A stretch of DNA of 63,692 bases, the filler included, from Acidimicrobiia bacterium (lineage in GTDB: Bacteria; Actinomycetota; Acidimicrobiia; Spongiisociales; JAENVV01), in assembly GCA_041577335.1 (NCBI GenBank). It is 4 parts of 4 records of this genome, joined end to end, with 100 filler letters (N's around TTAATTAATTAA, not from the genome) between each part and the next. Parts side by side here need not be neighbours in the genome. Positions count along the whole stretch, not along the records: positions 1 to 20,842 come from JBFGJH010000062.1; 3 more parts are not named here. One strand, given 5' to 3'. The notes beneath the pieces are model-generated. The model was not told the DNA's origin. It did not search any database and was given only the letters and a program-made list of their open reading frames with translations. The translations under genes were made by a program, and so were the position numbers. Of this stretch, positions 1 to 11,220 are shown piece by piece (the first letter of the stretch is position 1; every line of letters begins with the position of its first letter).

Positions 1-356
1 CCCACCAACTGTTCGTCCCGGGTCGGGTCGATGCGTCCGGTGGCCAGGTAGTCGGTGAATGCCAACGGCGTTGCTCCAACGGCGGCGAGGTCGTCGACAC
101 ACATAGCCACGAGATCGTGACCGAGGCCGCCGATGATCCCGGCGCGACGTGCCACCTCGATCTTGGTGCCGACCCCATCGGTGCTCATCATCAGAACGGG
201 TCGGCTGTATCCGGGAGGGATCTCGATGCCGGCGGCGAAACCCCCGAAGCCGCCAACCACAGATTCCGTCCACGTGCTCGTCACGTCGGAAGCGATTGCT
301 TTGACAAGACGGTCTCCCGCTTCGATGTCAACACCTGCCTGGCGGTAGGTCGACAT
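1..356 (-). CDS. purM: phosphoribosylformylglycinamidine cyclo-ligase, 5' part (runs off window)
   Basis: Minus strand from ATG at 356 reads MSTYRQAGVDIEAGDRLVKAI, later LMSTDGVGTKI and DLVAMCVDDL. TGATG overlap with the purF stop. Not in the ORF track because it is truncated. Confidence 0.95.
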   Translation of the reverse strand, partial: MSTYRQAGVDIEAGDRLVKAIASDVTSTWTESVVGGFGGFAAGIEIPPGYSRPVLMMSTDGVGTKIEVARRAGIIGGLGHDLVAMCVDDLAAVGATPLAFTDYLATGRIDPTRDEQLV

Positions 357-1777
357 CAGCCTTGCGGCTCGAGGGCGAACTTGGTCAGTTCGAGGGGAAC
401 CTCGGTTGGGTAGTTGCCCGAGAGGCAGGCGGTGCACAGCCCGGACTCCTCGTCACCTCCGACCGCCGTCAGCAGGCCATCGAGCGACAGGTATGCGAGG
501 GAATCGACCTCCAGGAAGTCGGCGATCTCTGCGACGCTGCGAGTGGCGGCCAGGAGAAGACTGCGGTCGGTTGTGTCCATCCCGTAGTAGCAGGGCCAGC
601 GGTAGGGAGGGGACGAGATGCGGAGGTGGACCTCCCTCGCTCCGGCATCCCTGATCATCTGCACGAGCTGGCGCGTGGTGGATCCACGCACAATGGAGTC
701 GTCCACCACCACAACGCTCCGATCGGTCAGGCTGGCCGGGATCGGGTTGAGCTTCAGGCGAATACCGCGATCACGCAGCATCTGGGTGGGCTGGATGAAG
801 GTGCGGCCGACGTAGCGATTCTTGACGAGGCCGTCGACATAGGGAGTGCCGGAGACCTCTGAGTAGCCCTGGGCGGCAGGAATGCCGGACTCGGGCACGG
901 GCACCACCACGTCGGCAGGTGCCGGAGCCTCGCGAGCCAGAGTCCTGCCCATCTCCACGCGCGAGGCGTGCACGCTACGCGAATAGAGGCGACTGTCTGG
1001 GCGGGCGAAATACACGAACTCGAAAAGGCACAGCGACGCCTCCGCCTGCTCGAAGGGATAGAAGCTCCGGACTCCCTGAGCACTGACGACGATGACTTCG
1101 CCTCTTTCGATTTCGCGAACGAACGAGGCACCGACGATATCCAGAGCGGCTGTCTCCGATGCCAGGACATGGCCACCGTCGGGAAGCGTCCCGAGGCACA
1201 GGGGCCGGAACCCGTGTGGATCGCGGACGCCGATGAGGTTGCCCTGATCCATGATGACCAATGAGAACGCTCCTCGAAAGGAAGGCAACGCCTCGAGCAC
1301 TGCCCGGGTGAGACCCTGTTGGTCGGACCGGTCGTCGTCGACATGGCGGGCGATGGCCTCGACCATGAGCTCGGTATCGGTGACCCCGTCCAGACCGAGT
1401 GATTCGGCCAGCTCGATGGTGTTGGTGAGGTTGCCGTTGTGGGCAAGGGCCACCGAGGTCTCGCCCACCTGGCGATAGGTGGGCTGGGCGTTGTCCCACG
1501 TCGTCGAGCCGGTCGTGGAGTAGCGCGTGTGTGCCACTCCGAGATGGCCGGTGAGGGGCGCCAGCGAGGATTCGTCGAATACTTGGGCAACCAGGCCCAT
1601 GTCCTTGAAGACGGTGGTTGTCTGGCCATTGGAGACGGCAATCCCAGCACTCTCCTGGCCACGATGTTGGAGGGCAAAGAGACCGAAGTAACACAATCTG
1701 GCGACGTCTTGCCCTGGGGCGTAGACGCCGAAGACGCCGCATGCCTCAGATGGTTTGGAGAGATCGTCGACGTTCAC
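356..1777 (-). CDS. purF: amidophosphoribosyltransferase
   Basis: Propeptide followed by EACGVFG (Ntn Cys), QHRGQE, HTRYST, PRPP loop VVVVDDSIVRGST, Fe-S cysteines PCYYG/CTAC. Start placed at GTG 1777. Confidence 0.96.
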   Translation of the reverse strand: MNVDDLSKPSEACGVFGVYAPGQDVARLCYFGLFALQHRGQESAGIAVSNGQTTTVFKDMGLVAQVFDESSLAPLTGHLGVAHTRYSTTGSTTWDNAQPTYRQVGETSVALAHNGNLTNTIELAESLGLDGVTDTELMVEAIARHVDDDRSDQQGLTRAVLEALPSFRGAFSLVIMDQGNLIGVRDPHGFRPLCLGTLPDGGHVLASETAALDIVGASFVREIERGEVIVVSAQGVRSFYPFEQAEASLCLFEFVYFARPDSRLYSRSVHASRVEMGRTLAREAPAPADVVVPVPESGIPAAQGYSEVSGTPYVDGLVKNRYVGRTFIQPTQMLRDRGIRLKLNPIPASLTDRSVVVVDDSIVRGSTTRQLVQMIRDAGAREVHLRISSPPYRWPCYYGMDTTDRSLLLAATRSVAEIADFLEVDSLAYLSLDGLLTAVGGDEESGLCTACLSGNYPTEVPLELTKFALEPQG

Positions 1778-1803
1778 TGGCGGGAGTGTAAACCACTCGG
1801 CTG

Positions 1804-2589
1804 CTAGGCAGGCGATCCATCGGGAACGGTCCGCCATTGGTCGAGGGTTGCCGCGATGCGATCGCGGGATTCGGCGAGAATCTCTGAAGTGCTCTCACCG
1901 ACGGTGCGAGTGATCGGCGCGCAGAAACGAACCCGAATCTTGGTTCCGAACGGGATAGGCATCATCTTGTTCTCGAGCAACCGCCATGAGCCATCGATGG
2001 CGGTAGGCACCACTGCAAGCTCCGGTGCTGACTGGAGGAGGGCACGTGTGCCAGACGACCGAAACTGCTTGAGGTTGCCGTCGCGACTGCGCGAGCCCTC
2101 AGGAAACATGACCGCCGAAACACCGCGCTCCTGGCATGCAGTTCCGAGGTCCTTGATCGCTTGAACGGCCTGCACTCGGTTGGCGCGATCGATCAATGCG
2201 TTGCCGCCTCGGCGGAGGTTATATGAGACAAGCGGAATCCATTTGCCGAGTTCGCGTTTGGCGACGTACTTGGGGTAGTTACTGAACAGCAGGCCGCCGA
2301 AGATGGGGATGTCGAACAAACTCTGATGGTTCGAGACAAAGATGTAGCCCTGACCCTTCTTCACATTCGGGTCACGGTCAACGGTGATCCTCGTGCCCGA
2401 GATGCGGAAGCACATGATGAGAACCCTTTGCGCGAACCCAGCGGTCACCTCCATCGGGTGGGGACCGAACAGCCGGGAGATGCGCATTGCGACGTCACCG
2501 ACGACGAGCGTCAGACCGAAGGCCCCCAGGGTCGGGATAGTCGTTATCCAATCGAGGGTGGTGCGGAGAAAGGAGCGAGGCGCGCTCAT
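1804..2589 (-). CDS. lysophospholipid acyltransferase (PlsC-like)
   Basis: NHQSLFD (HX4D) and FPEGSRS motifs. Confidence 0.88.
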   Translation of the reverse strand: MSAPRSFLRTTLDWITTIPTLGAFGLTLVVGDVAMRISRLFGPHPMEVTAGFAQRVLIMCFRISGTRITVDRDPNVKKGQGYIFVSNHQSLFDIPIFGGLLFSNYPKYVAKRELGKWIPLVSYNLRRGGNALIDRANRVQAVQAIKDLGTACQERGVSAVMFPEGSRSRDGNLKQFRSSGTRALLQSAPELAVVPTAIDGSWRLLENKMMPIPFGTKIRVRFCAPITRTVGESTSEILAESRDRIAATLDQWRTVPDGSPA

Positions 2590-2711
2590 ACGACAAGTGT
2601 AGGCGTTCGTCCGCGATGTTCGCCGGGCAGCGCCGGCGCAAGCTCAGGCAATCGCCTTGATCGTGGGCCATGACCGCGACGGCGCAAGCCGCCAAGGCCT
2701 GAGAAAGCGCC

Positions 2712-4907
2712 CTATGCCATCCGGCTGGGAATGGCGCCTTCCCACGCAGTTCGGGCGTCTCTGAGGAGGACACGTGCCGACCCGGGGCCGTCGGTGACAA
2801 ATTCCAGGTGCTCTCCACCAAACCGGCCCAGCTTGGAGATGGGAACCATGTGGTACGAGGCGAGCTCCTCGACGGGGCCCGCGAGGGCGGGGGGAATCGC
2901 GGCGATGAATCGGTGAGGGTTCTCGGCGAAGAGGCCGATCCAGTCGGTGAACTCGATGGTTGCACCCACCTCGCTCTGGATGCACATCTCGGCAACGGCT
3001 ACCGCAACGCCACCGTCGGAAATGTCGTGGATGGCAGGGCTCAGTTCGTCCTCGACCATGGCGATGACGAGATCGATGGCGGCTTTGGCGATGGTCGAGT
3101 CGGGGCTGTCGATGCGACCTCCAACGTGCCCTTTGATGGTCTTCTCAAAGGCCGACCCCGCCAGATTCCTCGAATGGCGAGGGCCGAACATCCATAGCTC
3201 CATGCCATTTTCGGCACCGTCGACGGTAGGCGGCCGGGCCGGCGCGGGGTCGGCCAGGCCTAGGAGGCCGATGACTGGGGTTGGGTAGATGTCCTGTTCG
3301 TCTGTTTCGTTGTAGAACGAGACGTTCCCGCCAACGACCGGGATGCCCAGTGCCTCGCAAGCCTCACTGATGCCTTCTATCGATTGGGTGAATTGCCACA
3401 TCACATCTGGCTTCTCGGGGTTGCCGAAGTTCAAGTTGTCCACCACGGCCAGAGCCCGGGCGCCGACCATCGCTACGTTGAGGGCGGCCTCGTAGACGAG
3501 TCGGGCACTGCCTCTCCGCGGGTCGAGGTAGCAATAGCGGCCATGCCCATCGGACGTCATCGCCAGAGCCTTGTCGGTGCCCTTGATGCGAAGGAGAGCA
3601 GCGTCGCTGCCCGGTCCCACCACCGTATTCAGAAAGAGCTGATGGTCGAATTGCTCGTATGCCCACGACGGGTCGGCGATGGACGGCGCCGCCAGCACCT
3701 TGAGCAGCGCGTGCCCCACGTTGGGAGGGTTGAGGTACGTGATCGTGTTGGTCCACAGGTCCTCGATCCAGTACGGCTCACCAAAAGGCCTGCGGTAGAT
3801 GGGGGCGTCATCGGTGAGGCTGCTGGCGGGAAGCTCGGCGACGGTGTGACCGTCGTGGAACACTCGGAGCGTGTTGCCGGGTTGCACTTCTCCGACGACG
3901 GACGCATCGATTTCCCACTTCGCCGCCACTGCCAGGACGTCGTCGACTTTGTCCGGATCGACGAACGCCATCATGCGCTCCTGCGATTCTGACATGAGAA
4001 GTTCGGGTGCGGACATGCCCTCCTCGCGCACGTGGACCGCGTCCAGATTGAGGTCCATGCCGGTTCCGGCGCGGGCGGCGGGCTCTGAGGCAGCGCAGCT
4101 GAGGCCGGCCGCGCCGAGGTCCTGTACCCCGAGGACGAGCTTGTTTTCGTACAGCTCCAGGCATGCCTCGATGAGCTTCTTCTCCTCGAACGGATCGCCC
4201 ACCTGCACCGAAGGTCGCTTGGCACCTGACCCCTCGTCGAAGGACGCCGAAGCGAGGACCGACGCGCCTCCGATGCCATCTCGGCCAGTAGCCGCCCCGA
4301 GAAGAACCGCAACCGCTCCCGGCGACCCGGCGGTTCCGAGCACGAGTTGGTCACGGCGCATCAGTCCAACGCACATCACGTTGACGAGCGGGTTTCCGGA
4401 ATAACAGTCCTCGAAGGCGATTTCGCCGCCGACCGTCGGCACGCCGACGGCGTTGCCGTAGCCGGCGATCCCCGACACGACGCCGCTGAAGAGATATCGA
4501 TTATGGGCGTTGGACAAGGGCCCAAACCGAATCTGGTTGAGGAGAGCGATCGGTCGGGCGCCCATCGTGAACACATCCCGCAAGATGCCTCCGACGCCGG
4601 TAGCGGCGCCTTGGTATGGCTCCACGAAGCTGGGGTGGTTGTGACTCTCGATTCGCAAGGCGGCCAGCCAGCCGTCGCCGAGATCCACGACGCCCGCATT
4701 CTCCCCGGGTCCGACCACCACCCAGGGGGCTTCGGTGGGGAATCGGCCGAGATGGGCACGTGACGACTTGTAGGAGCAATGTTCGGACCACATCACCGAG
4801 TACATGGCGAGCTCGGAGTTGAGCGGGGGACGTTCCAGGATCTCGCAGACATGTTCGAACTCGTCGTCGGTCATGCCCAGTGCTTGGTGAAGGGCGATGT
4901 CAGACAT
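2712..4907 (-). CDS. purL: phosphoribosylformylglycinamidine synthase subunit PurL
   Basis: [44 protein letters not shown] motifs. Start placed at ATG 4907 (MSDIALH). Confidence 0.97.
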   Translation of the reverse strand: MSDIALHQALGMTDDEFEHVCEILERPPLNSELAMYSVMWSEHCSYKSSRAHLGRFPTEAPWVVVGPGENAGVVDLGDGWLAALRIESHNHPSFVEPYQGAATGVGGILRDVFTMGARPIALLNQIRFGPLSNAHNRYLFSGVVSGIAGYGNAVGVPTVGGEIAFEDCYSGNPLVNVMCVGLMRRDQLVLGTAGSPGAVAVLLGAATGRDGIGGASVLASASFDEGSGAKRPSVQVGDPFEEKKLIEACLELYENKLVLGVQDLGAAGLSCAASEPAARAGTGMDLNLDAVHVREEGMSAPELLMSESQERMMAFVDPDKVDDVLAVAAKWEIDASVVGEVQPGNTLRVFHDGHTVAELPASSLTDDAPIYRRPFGEPYWIEDLWTNTITYLNPPNVGHALLKVLAAPSIADPSWAYEQFDHQLFLNTVVGPGSDAALLRIKGTDKALAMTSDGHGRYCYLDPRRGSARLVYEAALNVAMVGARALAVVDNLNFGNPEKPDVMWQFTQSIEGISEACEALGIPVVGGNVSFYNETDEQDIYPTPVIGLLGLADPAPARPPTVDGAENGMELWMFGPRHSRNLAGSAFEKTIKGHVGGRIDSPDSTIAKAAIDLVIAMVEDELSPAIHDISDGGVAVAVAEMCIQSEVGATIEFTDWIGLFAENPHRFIAAIPPALAGPVEELASYHMVPISKLGRFGGEHLEFVTDGPGSARVLLRDARTAWEGAIPSRMA

Positions 4908-5598
4908 TTGCGGCTTCCAACGATGCGGCGAATGACTCGAACATGATGCGCCCATCACTGCTTCCCAGGATGTCCTCGCAGGCTCGCTCGGGATGCGGCA
5001 TGACGGCGGCCACATTGCCGCCGGGATTCATGATGCCTGCGATGTTGCCCAACGACCCGTTGGGGTTGGCGGCCGCGTCGACGACCCCGGCCGGGTTGCA
5101 GTAGCGCAAGATCACCTGGGCGTCGGCCTCGATGGCATCGAGCGTCGCATCGGTCGCAGTGAAGTTGCCCTCGTAGGAGTTGAGAGGGATTTCGAGAACC
5201 TGACCTTCCCGGGCGGCGCGGGTGAGAATCGAGTTGGTGTGCTCCACCCGCACATGTATGGGGCGGCATATGAACTTGAGGTCGCGATTCTGCAGGAGCA
5301 CTCCGGGCAGCAATCCGGCCTCACACAAGACCTGAAATCCGTTGCAGATACCCAACACCGGCCGCCCCGCGTCGGCCATCCGCACGACTTCTGTCATGAC
5401 TGGCGAGAACCGGGCAATGGCGCCTGTGCGAAGGTAGTCGCCGTGGGCGAAGCCCCCGGGAAGCACGACCCCGTCGAAGCTGCTCAGGTCGGTGTCGCGA
5501 TGCCATACGAGCTCCGCCTCCTCGCCGATCGCCCGCAGCGCATACACAACGTCGTGCTCACAGTTCGTGCCAGGGAACACGACAACCGCCGTTGTCAC
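4900..5598 (-). CDS. purQ: FGAM synthase glutaminase subunit PurQ
   Basis: [34 protein letters not shown] start overlaps the purS stop. Confidence 0.96.
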   Translation of the reverse strand: MTTAVVVFPGTNCEHDVVYALRAIGEEAELVWHRDTDLSSFDGVVLPGGFAHGDYLRTGAIARFSPVMTEVVRMADAGRPVLGICNGFQVLCEAGLLPGVLLQNRDLKFICRPIHVRVEHTNSILTRAAREGQVLEIPLNSYEGNFTATDATLDAIEADAQVILRYCNPAGVVDAAANPNGSLGNIAGIMNPGGNVAAVMPHPERACEDILGSSDGRIMFESFAASLEAANV

Positions 5599-5837
5599 GG
5601 TCCAACCTCGATGTGATAGTCCTCCATCACCGGATTGGCGAGGAGCCGCTCGCACATCTCTCGCACGCGTTCCTCGACCGCGACAGGATCTGCGCCGTCG
5701 ATCGTCAGGGTGATCGTCCGATCGATCCGAACCTTCTCGACGGCGTCGTAGCCGAGATCGCGGAGGGCCTTGGAAACAGCCGCTCCGGCCGGGTCGGCGA
5801 TGTTCGGTCGCCGGCGCACCGTGACCGTTACTTCCAT
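5595..5837 (-). CDS. purS: FGAM synthase subunit PurS
   Basis: 80 aa with DPAG and LLANPVMEDY, between purC and purQ. Confidence 0.94.
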   Translation of the reverse strand: MEVTVTVRRRPNIADPAGAAVSKALRDLGYDAVEKVRIDRTITLTIDGADPVAVEERVREMCERLLANPVMEDYHIEVGP

Positions 5838-6700
5838 GTTTCCTCCAGGTATTTGGCAAACGACCTTCCGGTCAGCAGCTCGTATGCCTCGATGTAGCGT
5901 GCTCGTGTGCCCGCGATCACGTCTGCCGGGAGGTGGGGAGCAGGAGGTGCATGGTCCCATCCAGAACCATCGAGCCAATCGCGAACGAACTGTTTGTCAA
6001 AGGACGGAACCGAATGCGGCGGTTCCCACTCGGCGGCCGGCCAATAGCGGGACGAATCTGGCGTGAGGACCTCGTCGATCAAGAGCAGCTCGCCGTCGGC
6101 GAACCCGAACTCGAATTTGGTGTCGGCGAGGATCACCCCTCGATCGGCGGCGTAGTCGGCAGCTGCGAGGTAGAGATCGATGGATACCTTCTTCAGGCGG
6201 GAGTAGAGCTCGTCGCCCAAGATTGCGCGCGCCCCGGCCTCGGTGAGGTTCTCGTCGTGACCGGAGGCCGCTTTGGTCGCCGGCGTGAAGATGGGCTCGG
6301 AGAGCTTGTCGGCCATCTGGAGGCCGGCCGGAAGATGCTCCGTGGTCGGGCCGCCTCCGTCACGGTATTCCCGCCAGCTGGAACCGTATAGGTGCCCGCG
6401 GACGACGCACTCCACCGGCACGACCTCGGCGCGACGAACGATCATCGCCCGCCCTGCCAACTCGGCACGCTGGCTGTCCTCGATCGGAAGGTCGGCGAGA
6501 TCGCTGGACAAGAAATGATTGGGCGTGTCGAACAACTCGAACCAATGCAACGACAGCCCGGTGAGCACCCTGCCTTTGTCGGGTATGAGATCCGGGAGGA
6601 TCACGTCGTAGGCCGAGATGCGATCGGTTGCCACGAACAGCAGGCGCGTTTCATCGACCTCATAGATCTCGCGTACCTTGCCCGAAGCGAGGTGTTTCAT
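5828..6700 (-). CDS. purC: SAICAR synthetase
   Basis: GKVREIY, DRISAYD, ADTKFEFG, DEVLTPDSSRYW, SFDKQFVRDWL. Start at ATG 6700. Confidence 0.96.
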   Translation of the reverse strand: MKHLASGKVREIYEVDETRLLFVATDRISAYDVILPDLIPDKGRVLTGLSLHWFELFDTPNHFLSSDLADLPIEDSQRAELAGRAMIVRRAEVVPVECVVRGHLYGSSWREYRDGGGPTTEHLPAGLQMADKLSEPIFTPATKAASGHDENLTEAGARAILGDELYSRLKKVSIDLYLAAADYAADRGVILADTKFEFGFADGELLLIDEVLTPDSSRYWPAAEWEPPHSVPSFDKQFVRDWLDGSGWDHAPPAPHLPADVIAGTRARYIEAYELLTGRSFAKYLEETWK

Positions 6701-6795
6701 TGCCGGCACGGGCGGGATGATAGGCGCGCGGGGCCGTGGCCACCGGCAACCGATCGCTCGGCGGGGTCGCGCCGAAGTCGGGTGATGTGCGTACC

Positions 6796-8220
6796 ATGGC
6801 ATCCATGGACTTAGGGGCTCGGTTACGCCAGCGATTCGACGCCGATCGCGTGCTGACTGAGCCCATCGAGCGCTACCTGTTCGGCAAGGATGCCAGCGTT
6901 GCACGAGGCGATGTGGCGGTGGTGGCATTCCCCGAGTCGACCTCTGAGGTCGCCTACGCGGTGACTGCCGCGGCCGAGGCCGGGGTTCCGGTTGTCGCAC
7001 GCGGAGCCGGCACCGGGCTCGCCGGTGGAGCGGTGCCGGTTGAGCCCTCCCTCGTCCTCGTCTTGACTCGCATGAACGACATCGAAGTGAGCGTGGCTCG
7101 CAAGGCGGCCTGGGTCGGGCCCGGCGTCATCAATCTCGATCTCTCGCGCCATGCGGAGAAATACGGCCTGCATTTTGCGCCGGATCCATCGTCGCAGTCG
7201 GCGTGCACCATTGGTGGCAATGTCGCCAACAACTCCGGGGGGCCGCATTGCCTGGCCGATGGAACGACCGTCAACCATGTGCTGGCGATCGAGATGGTCA
7301 CCGCCGGCGGCGACATCGTCCAGCTTGGCTCGGCTGCCCCCGATCCGGTCGGTTTGGATCTGCGAGGCGTCGTGGTTGGCTCGGAGGGAACTCTGGGCAT
7401 CGTGACCCGGGTGCTCGTGAAACTGTCGGACAATCCACCGGCGGTGCGCACGCTCCTGGCGACGTTCTCTTCAGTCGAAGACGCCGCTGCCACCGTGTCG
7501 GGCATCATCGCGCGTGGTGTGGTTCCCGCGGCGCTCGAGATGATGGATCAGGTGATGACCCAAGCAGTGGAGAACTTCGTCCATGCCGGCTTCGATACCG
7601 AGGCCGCGGCCGTGCTGCTGGCAGAAGTGGCCGGTCACCCCGACGCCGTTGGTGCCGAGCTGGCCATCGTGGAGGCGGTGGCCGCCGAGCAGCATGCCAT
7701 CGACATCACGGTGGCCGCGTCGGCGGAAGAGCGCGACCTGCTGTGGCTCGGCCGCAAGTCGGCGTTCGGCGCGGTAGCTCAAATGGCGCCCGACTACTAC
7801 CTCCACGACACGGTGGTTCCGAGGACGGCGCTGGTGGGCGTGATGCGAGAGGTCTATGCAATCGGCGAGCGCCATGGCGTGACGATGATGAACGTCTTCC
7901 ACGCCGGCGACGGAAACCTGCATCCCCTGATGGCCTTCGACGCCAAGGAGGCCGGAATGCTCGACCGGGTGATGAAGGCAGCCGAGGAGCTCGTCGAAGT
8001 TTGTGTCGCCCATGGTGGAGCGCTATCAGGCGAGCATGGAGTGGGCCTCGAGAAGCGCGATCTGATGCCCTTGATGTTCAACGAGCACGATCTCGATGCC
8101 CAGGCGCGGGTGCGTGAGGTCTTCGATCCCGACGGTCTGCTCAACCCTCAGAAGATCCTCCCGGAAGGCTCTCGATGTTTCGACTTCGGTCGCCCCATCC
8201 CCGAGGGCACGTGGATATGA
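6796..8220 (+). CDS. glcD: FAD-linked oxidase, glycolate oxidase GlcD-like subunit
   Basis: RGAGTGLAGG, APDPSS, GSEGTLG, HAGDGNLHP, GEHGVG motifs. First of three overlapping genes. Substrate not certain. Confidence 0.8.
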   Translation: MASMDLGARLRQRFDADRVLTEPIERYLFGKDASVARGDVAVVAFPESTSEVAYAVTAAAEAGVPVVARGAGTGLAGGAVPVEPSLVLVLTRMNDIEVSVARKAAWVGPGVINLDLSRHAEKYGLHFAPDPSSQSACTIGGNVANNSGGPHCLADGTTVNHVLAIEMVTAGGDIVQLGSAAPDPVGLDLRGVVVGSEGTLGIVTRVLVKLSDNPPAVRTLLATFSSVEDAAATVSGIIARGVVPAALEMMDQVMTQAVENFVHAGFDTEAAAVLLAEVAGHPDAVGAELAIVEAVAAEQHAIDITVAASAEERDLLWLGRKSAFGAVAQMAPDYYLHDTVVPRTALVGVMREVYAIGERHGVTMMNVFHAGDGNLHPLMAFDAKEAGMLDRVMKAAEELVEVCVAHGGALSGEHGVGLEKRDLMPLMFNEHDLDAQARVREVFDPDGLLNPQKILPEGSRCFDFGRPIPEGTWI

Positions 8221-9344
8221 CCTCCATCAAAGCTGCCTTCCCCAAGTTTGCCGAGGTCGCTCCACTTCAGCCGCCCACCGGATTTCCGGACGCCGATGTC
8301 ATCGTCCCCACGACGGTGGATGAAGTCGCCGAAGCCTTGGCGTGGGCCTCGGAGGAAGGGGCCACCGTCGTCCCGTGGGGGGCCGGGACTCATCAGGGGA
8401 TCGGTTACCGGCCTCCCGCCGACATCGTCATGGACATGAGCGCACTCAACGCCGTGGAGGCGTGGGAGCCCGATGATCTCACAGTCGTTGTTCAGGCTGG
8501 CTTGCCGATCGGACAGCTCGAAACGATGTTGGCGGATCAGAGTCAAACGGCTCTTCTACCCGAGCAGCCCGGCGCAGGAACCGTGGGAGGTGCCGTTGCG
8601 GTGGGCGCCTCTGGATATCGACGCGGCCGGTATGGGCCCACCCGTGATCGGCTGCTCGAAGTGACCCTGGTCACGGGCGACGGCAGGATCGTGCGGGGTG
8701 GCGCCCGCGTCGTCAAGAACGTGACTGGGTACGACCTCCCTCGCCTTGCAACCGGGTCGCTCGGATCGCTTGGTGTGATCGTTTCGGTGTGTTTGAAGCT
8801 CTGGCCCTCTCCGGCGCAGACGGCAACTGTGAGGGTCGATGATCCCGAGCGGGCCGGCGCGGTCGCGTGGCGGCCGCTGGCAGTTCTCGAGACTCGCGAC
8901 AGCCTCGATGTCTTCCTTGGCGGGACGCCGGCGGAGGTCGAAGCGCAAGTGACTGCGCTCGGTGGGAACGTGCAGACGGGCCTCGCCTGGCCCCTGGCGC
9001 CGGCGACAACCGCAGGTGCTCGGTGGTCGCTGCGGATTCCTTTCGATCTCACCTCCCAAGCCATCGAACGGTTCCCGGGCTCGTGGGCGTTCGTGGCCCA
9101 GCACGGCGTCGGCGAGATCACATGCGCCGATTCCTCGGGCGACATCGCCGCCGCGTCAGAGATTCGCGAGTGGGCCGAGCGCAACGGGGGAGCCTTGGTG
9201 ATGCTGTCTGGGGACGAGGCTGTTCGCGAGGCGATCGATCCTTGGGGCACCCCACCTCCTTCCATCGATCTTCAACGTCGCCTCATTGCGCGCTTCGACC
9301 CGGATCGAGTTGTGAATCGGGGTCGGCTCCCCGGCGGCATCTGA
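8217..9344 (+). CDS. glcE: FAD-binding oxidoreductase, GlcE-like
   Basis: GGARVVKNVTGYDLPRL and GSLGSLGVI. ATGA overlap with glcD. Confidence 0.78.
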   Translation: MTSIKAAFPKFAEVAPLQPPTGFPDADVIVPTTVDEVAEALAWASEEGATVVPWGAGTHQGIGYRPPADIVMDMSALNAVEAWEPDDLTVVVQAGLPIGQLETMLADQSQTALLPEQPGAGTVGGAVAVGASGYRRGRYGPTRDRLLEVTLVTGDGRIVRGGARVVKNVTGYDLPRLATGSLGSLGVIVSVCLKLWPSPAQTATVRVDDPERAGAVAWRPLAVLETRDSLDVFLGGTPAEVEAQVTALGGNVQTGLAWPLAPATTAGARWSLRIPFDLTSQAIERFPGSWAFVAQHGVGEITCADSSGDIAAASEIREWAERNGGALVMLSGDEAVREAIDPWGTPPPSIDLQRRLIARFDPDRVVNRGRLPGGI

Positions 9345-10591
9345 TGGGTTGGGTCACGGATTACGCTCCAACCGACGCCGAGCTCTCCGCCTGCGTGCAG
9401 TGCGGTCTCTGCCTTCCCCACTGCCCCACTTTCCGTCTCTCCGGAAAGGAGACGGCGTCGCCGCGCGGGAGGCTGATGGCGATGAGCGCTGTCGCCGAGG
9501 GACTTGCCGAGATTGATCCCGCCTTCGAAGAGATCATCGGAACGTGCTTGCAGTGCCGGGCCTGCGAGCCGGTGTGCCCGTCGATGGTCCCATTTGGCCG
9601 GGCGATGGAAGGCACGCGTGCCGAGATCGCCGCTCAACGCCCACAAGTCGCGAGACGGCTCCGCCATGTTGTCCTCGGCCGGTCACTGACATGGCGACGG
9701 CCGTTGCGTATGGCCGGGCGTGTGGGCCGTTGGTTGGGTTCAGGCCCGGCCCGATCCATGGTGCCTTCCACTTTTCGGCCCGGCCTCGACGGCCTGCGAC
9801 CGGACGCTGGCTCAGCTTCGTTGGCCCGGGGCGAGACCTATCCCGCTACCAGGCCGCGTGTTGGTCGTGCGGCGATACTCGCAGGGTGCGTGATGGACAG
9901 CTGGTTCACCCCTGTTCACAATGCCACCATCGCGGTGTTGCAACACGCAGGCTATGACGTGACCGTCCCGGTTCACCAGACTTGCTGCGGAGCGTTGGCC
10001 GCTCACGATGGGGCGACGGCCGAGACGGAAGAGATGGCGAAGGCCAATGTCCAGGCTTTCGCCTCGTTCGATGTGGTGGTGACCGATGCCGCAGGCTGCG
10101 GTGCTCACCTGAAAGACTACGGCCACTGGGCCGGCGCGGCCGGAGCCGAGATGGCCGGCCGAACCTTCGAGGTGACCCAACTGGTCTCACAGGCGATTGC
10201 GGACGGTCGGCTCCCTCAGGTCCCGCTGCCGCGCGGGCGAGTGGCCGTCCAGGACCCCTGCCACAACCGCCACGCGCAACGAATCTACGAGGAGCCTCGT
10301 CAGGTGCTCAGGGCGGCCGGCTACCAACCGGTCGATGTGGACCCGGCCGGGATGTGTTGTGGTGCCGCCGGGGCATATTCGGTGCAGTACCCCAACGTCT
10401 CGGCTGAGCTCGGTCGCCGCAAGGCAGCCGAGGTTGCCGCAATCGCGACGACGGTCGTGGCATCTGCCAACCCGGGTTGCGAGATGCAGCTCCGGAGCCA
10501 GTTGGGATCGACCTATGTGGTTCTGCACCCGGTTGAGTTGTACTGGGAGGCCCTCGATGCCCACCTGCGAGCTTCTGGGTCCGAGGGGTAG
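9344..10591 (+). CDS. glcF: Fe-S subunit, GlcF-like (CCG domains)
   Basis: CVQCGLCLPHCP and CLQCRACEPVCP ferredoxin motifs, two CCG motifs, ANPGC. TGATG overlap with glcE. Confidence 0.8.
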   Translation: MGWVTDYAPTDAELSACVQCGLCLPHCPTFRLSGKETASPRGRLMAMSAVAEGLAEIDPAFEEIIGTCLQCRACEPVCPSMVPFGRAMEGTRAEIAAQRPQVARRLRHVVLGRSLTWRRPLRMAGRVGRWLGSGPARSMVPSTFRPGLDGLRPDAGSASLARGETYPATRPRVGRAAILAGCVMDSWFTPVHNATIAVLQHAGYDVTVPVHQTCCGALAAHDGATAETEEMAKANVQAFASFDVVVTDAAGCGAHLKDYGHWAGAAGAEMAGRTFEVTQLVSQAIADGRLPQVPLPRGRVAVQDPCHNRHAQRIYEEPRQVLRAAGYQPVDVDPAGMCCGAAGAYSVQYPNVSAELGRRKAAEVAAIATTVVASANPGCEMQLRSQLGSTYVVLHPVELYWEALDAHLRASGSEG

Positions 10592-10600
10592 TCTGGCTCG

Positions 10601-11212
10601 GTGGACGAGGCACTCGATCTCCCGGAAAGCGACCGCGACGTCACCGTCGCCCGGCCGCGCCCGCGCGAGTACTTCTCGTTGTTCGGCCATGCAGTAGCCA
10701 ACGCGGCCGACATTGCCATGCTGGTCATCGGGACGGGTCTCGTGTCGCTCGCCATTGCCGTCCTGCTCGACGGTTTCGAGTTGGCCAGCCTTGCTTTGAC
10801 CGATGGCACCGGTGCGATGTTGGGGAGCGCACTGGTGATTGGTGTGTTCGGTGCGTTTGCCCTCGGCGTCGCAGCCGAGGGGCCCATCGGCCACAAGTCG
10901 TACGCCTGGCTCTACGCCACTACGCCTGTGATCGCACTCCGCTTGGTGGCCGTGTTCGTGGTGGGCGTCCTGGCGTTTGCGCTCGCCGGTGTCCTACCCC
11001 GCTTCCTCGTCGATCTTCCTACCGTGTTCGATTGGGTGGTGGACATCGTTCGCGCAGCCGGTCTGGCCGGCATGACCGCAGTGCCCCTCATCGGCGTGCC
11101 CGTGTCGGCCGGCCTTCGTTACTTCTACGGATCCGAAACTTGGGTCGAGGAGCTCGAACTGCCGCTGCTCTACGTCGTGTGGCTGGCAGCGTCGATGATC
11201 TATGTCTTCTGA
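10601..11212 (+). CDS. hypothetical membrane protein
   Basis: 203 aa with about five hydrophobic segments, directly after glcF. Confidence 0.7.
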   Translation: MDEALDLPESDRDVTVARPRPREYFSLFGHAVANAADIAMLVIGTGLVSLAIAVLLDGFELASLALTDGTGAMLGSALVIGVFGAFALGVAAEGPIGHKSYAWLYATTPVIALRLVAVFVVGVLAFALAGVLPRFLVDLPTVFDWVVDIVRAAGLAGMTAVPLIGVPVSAGLRYFYGSETWVEELELPLLYVVWLAASMIYVF

Positions 11213-11220
11213 CCGCACGG

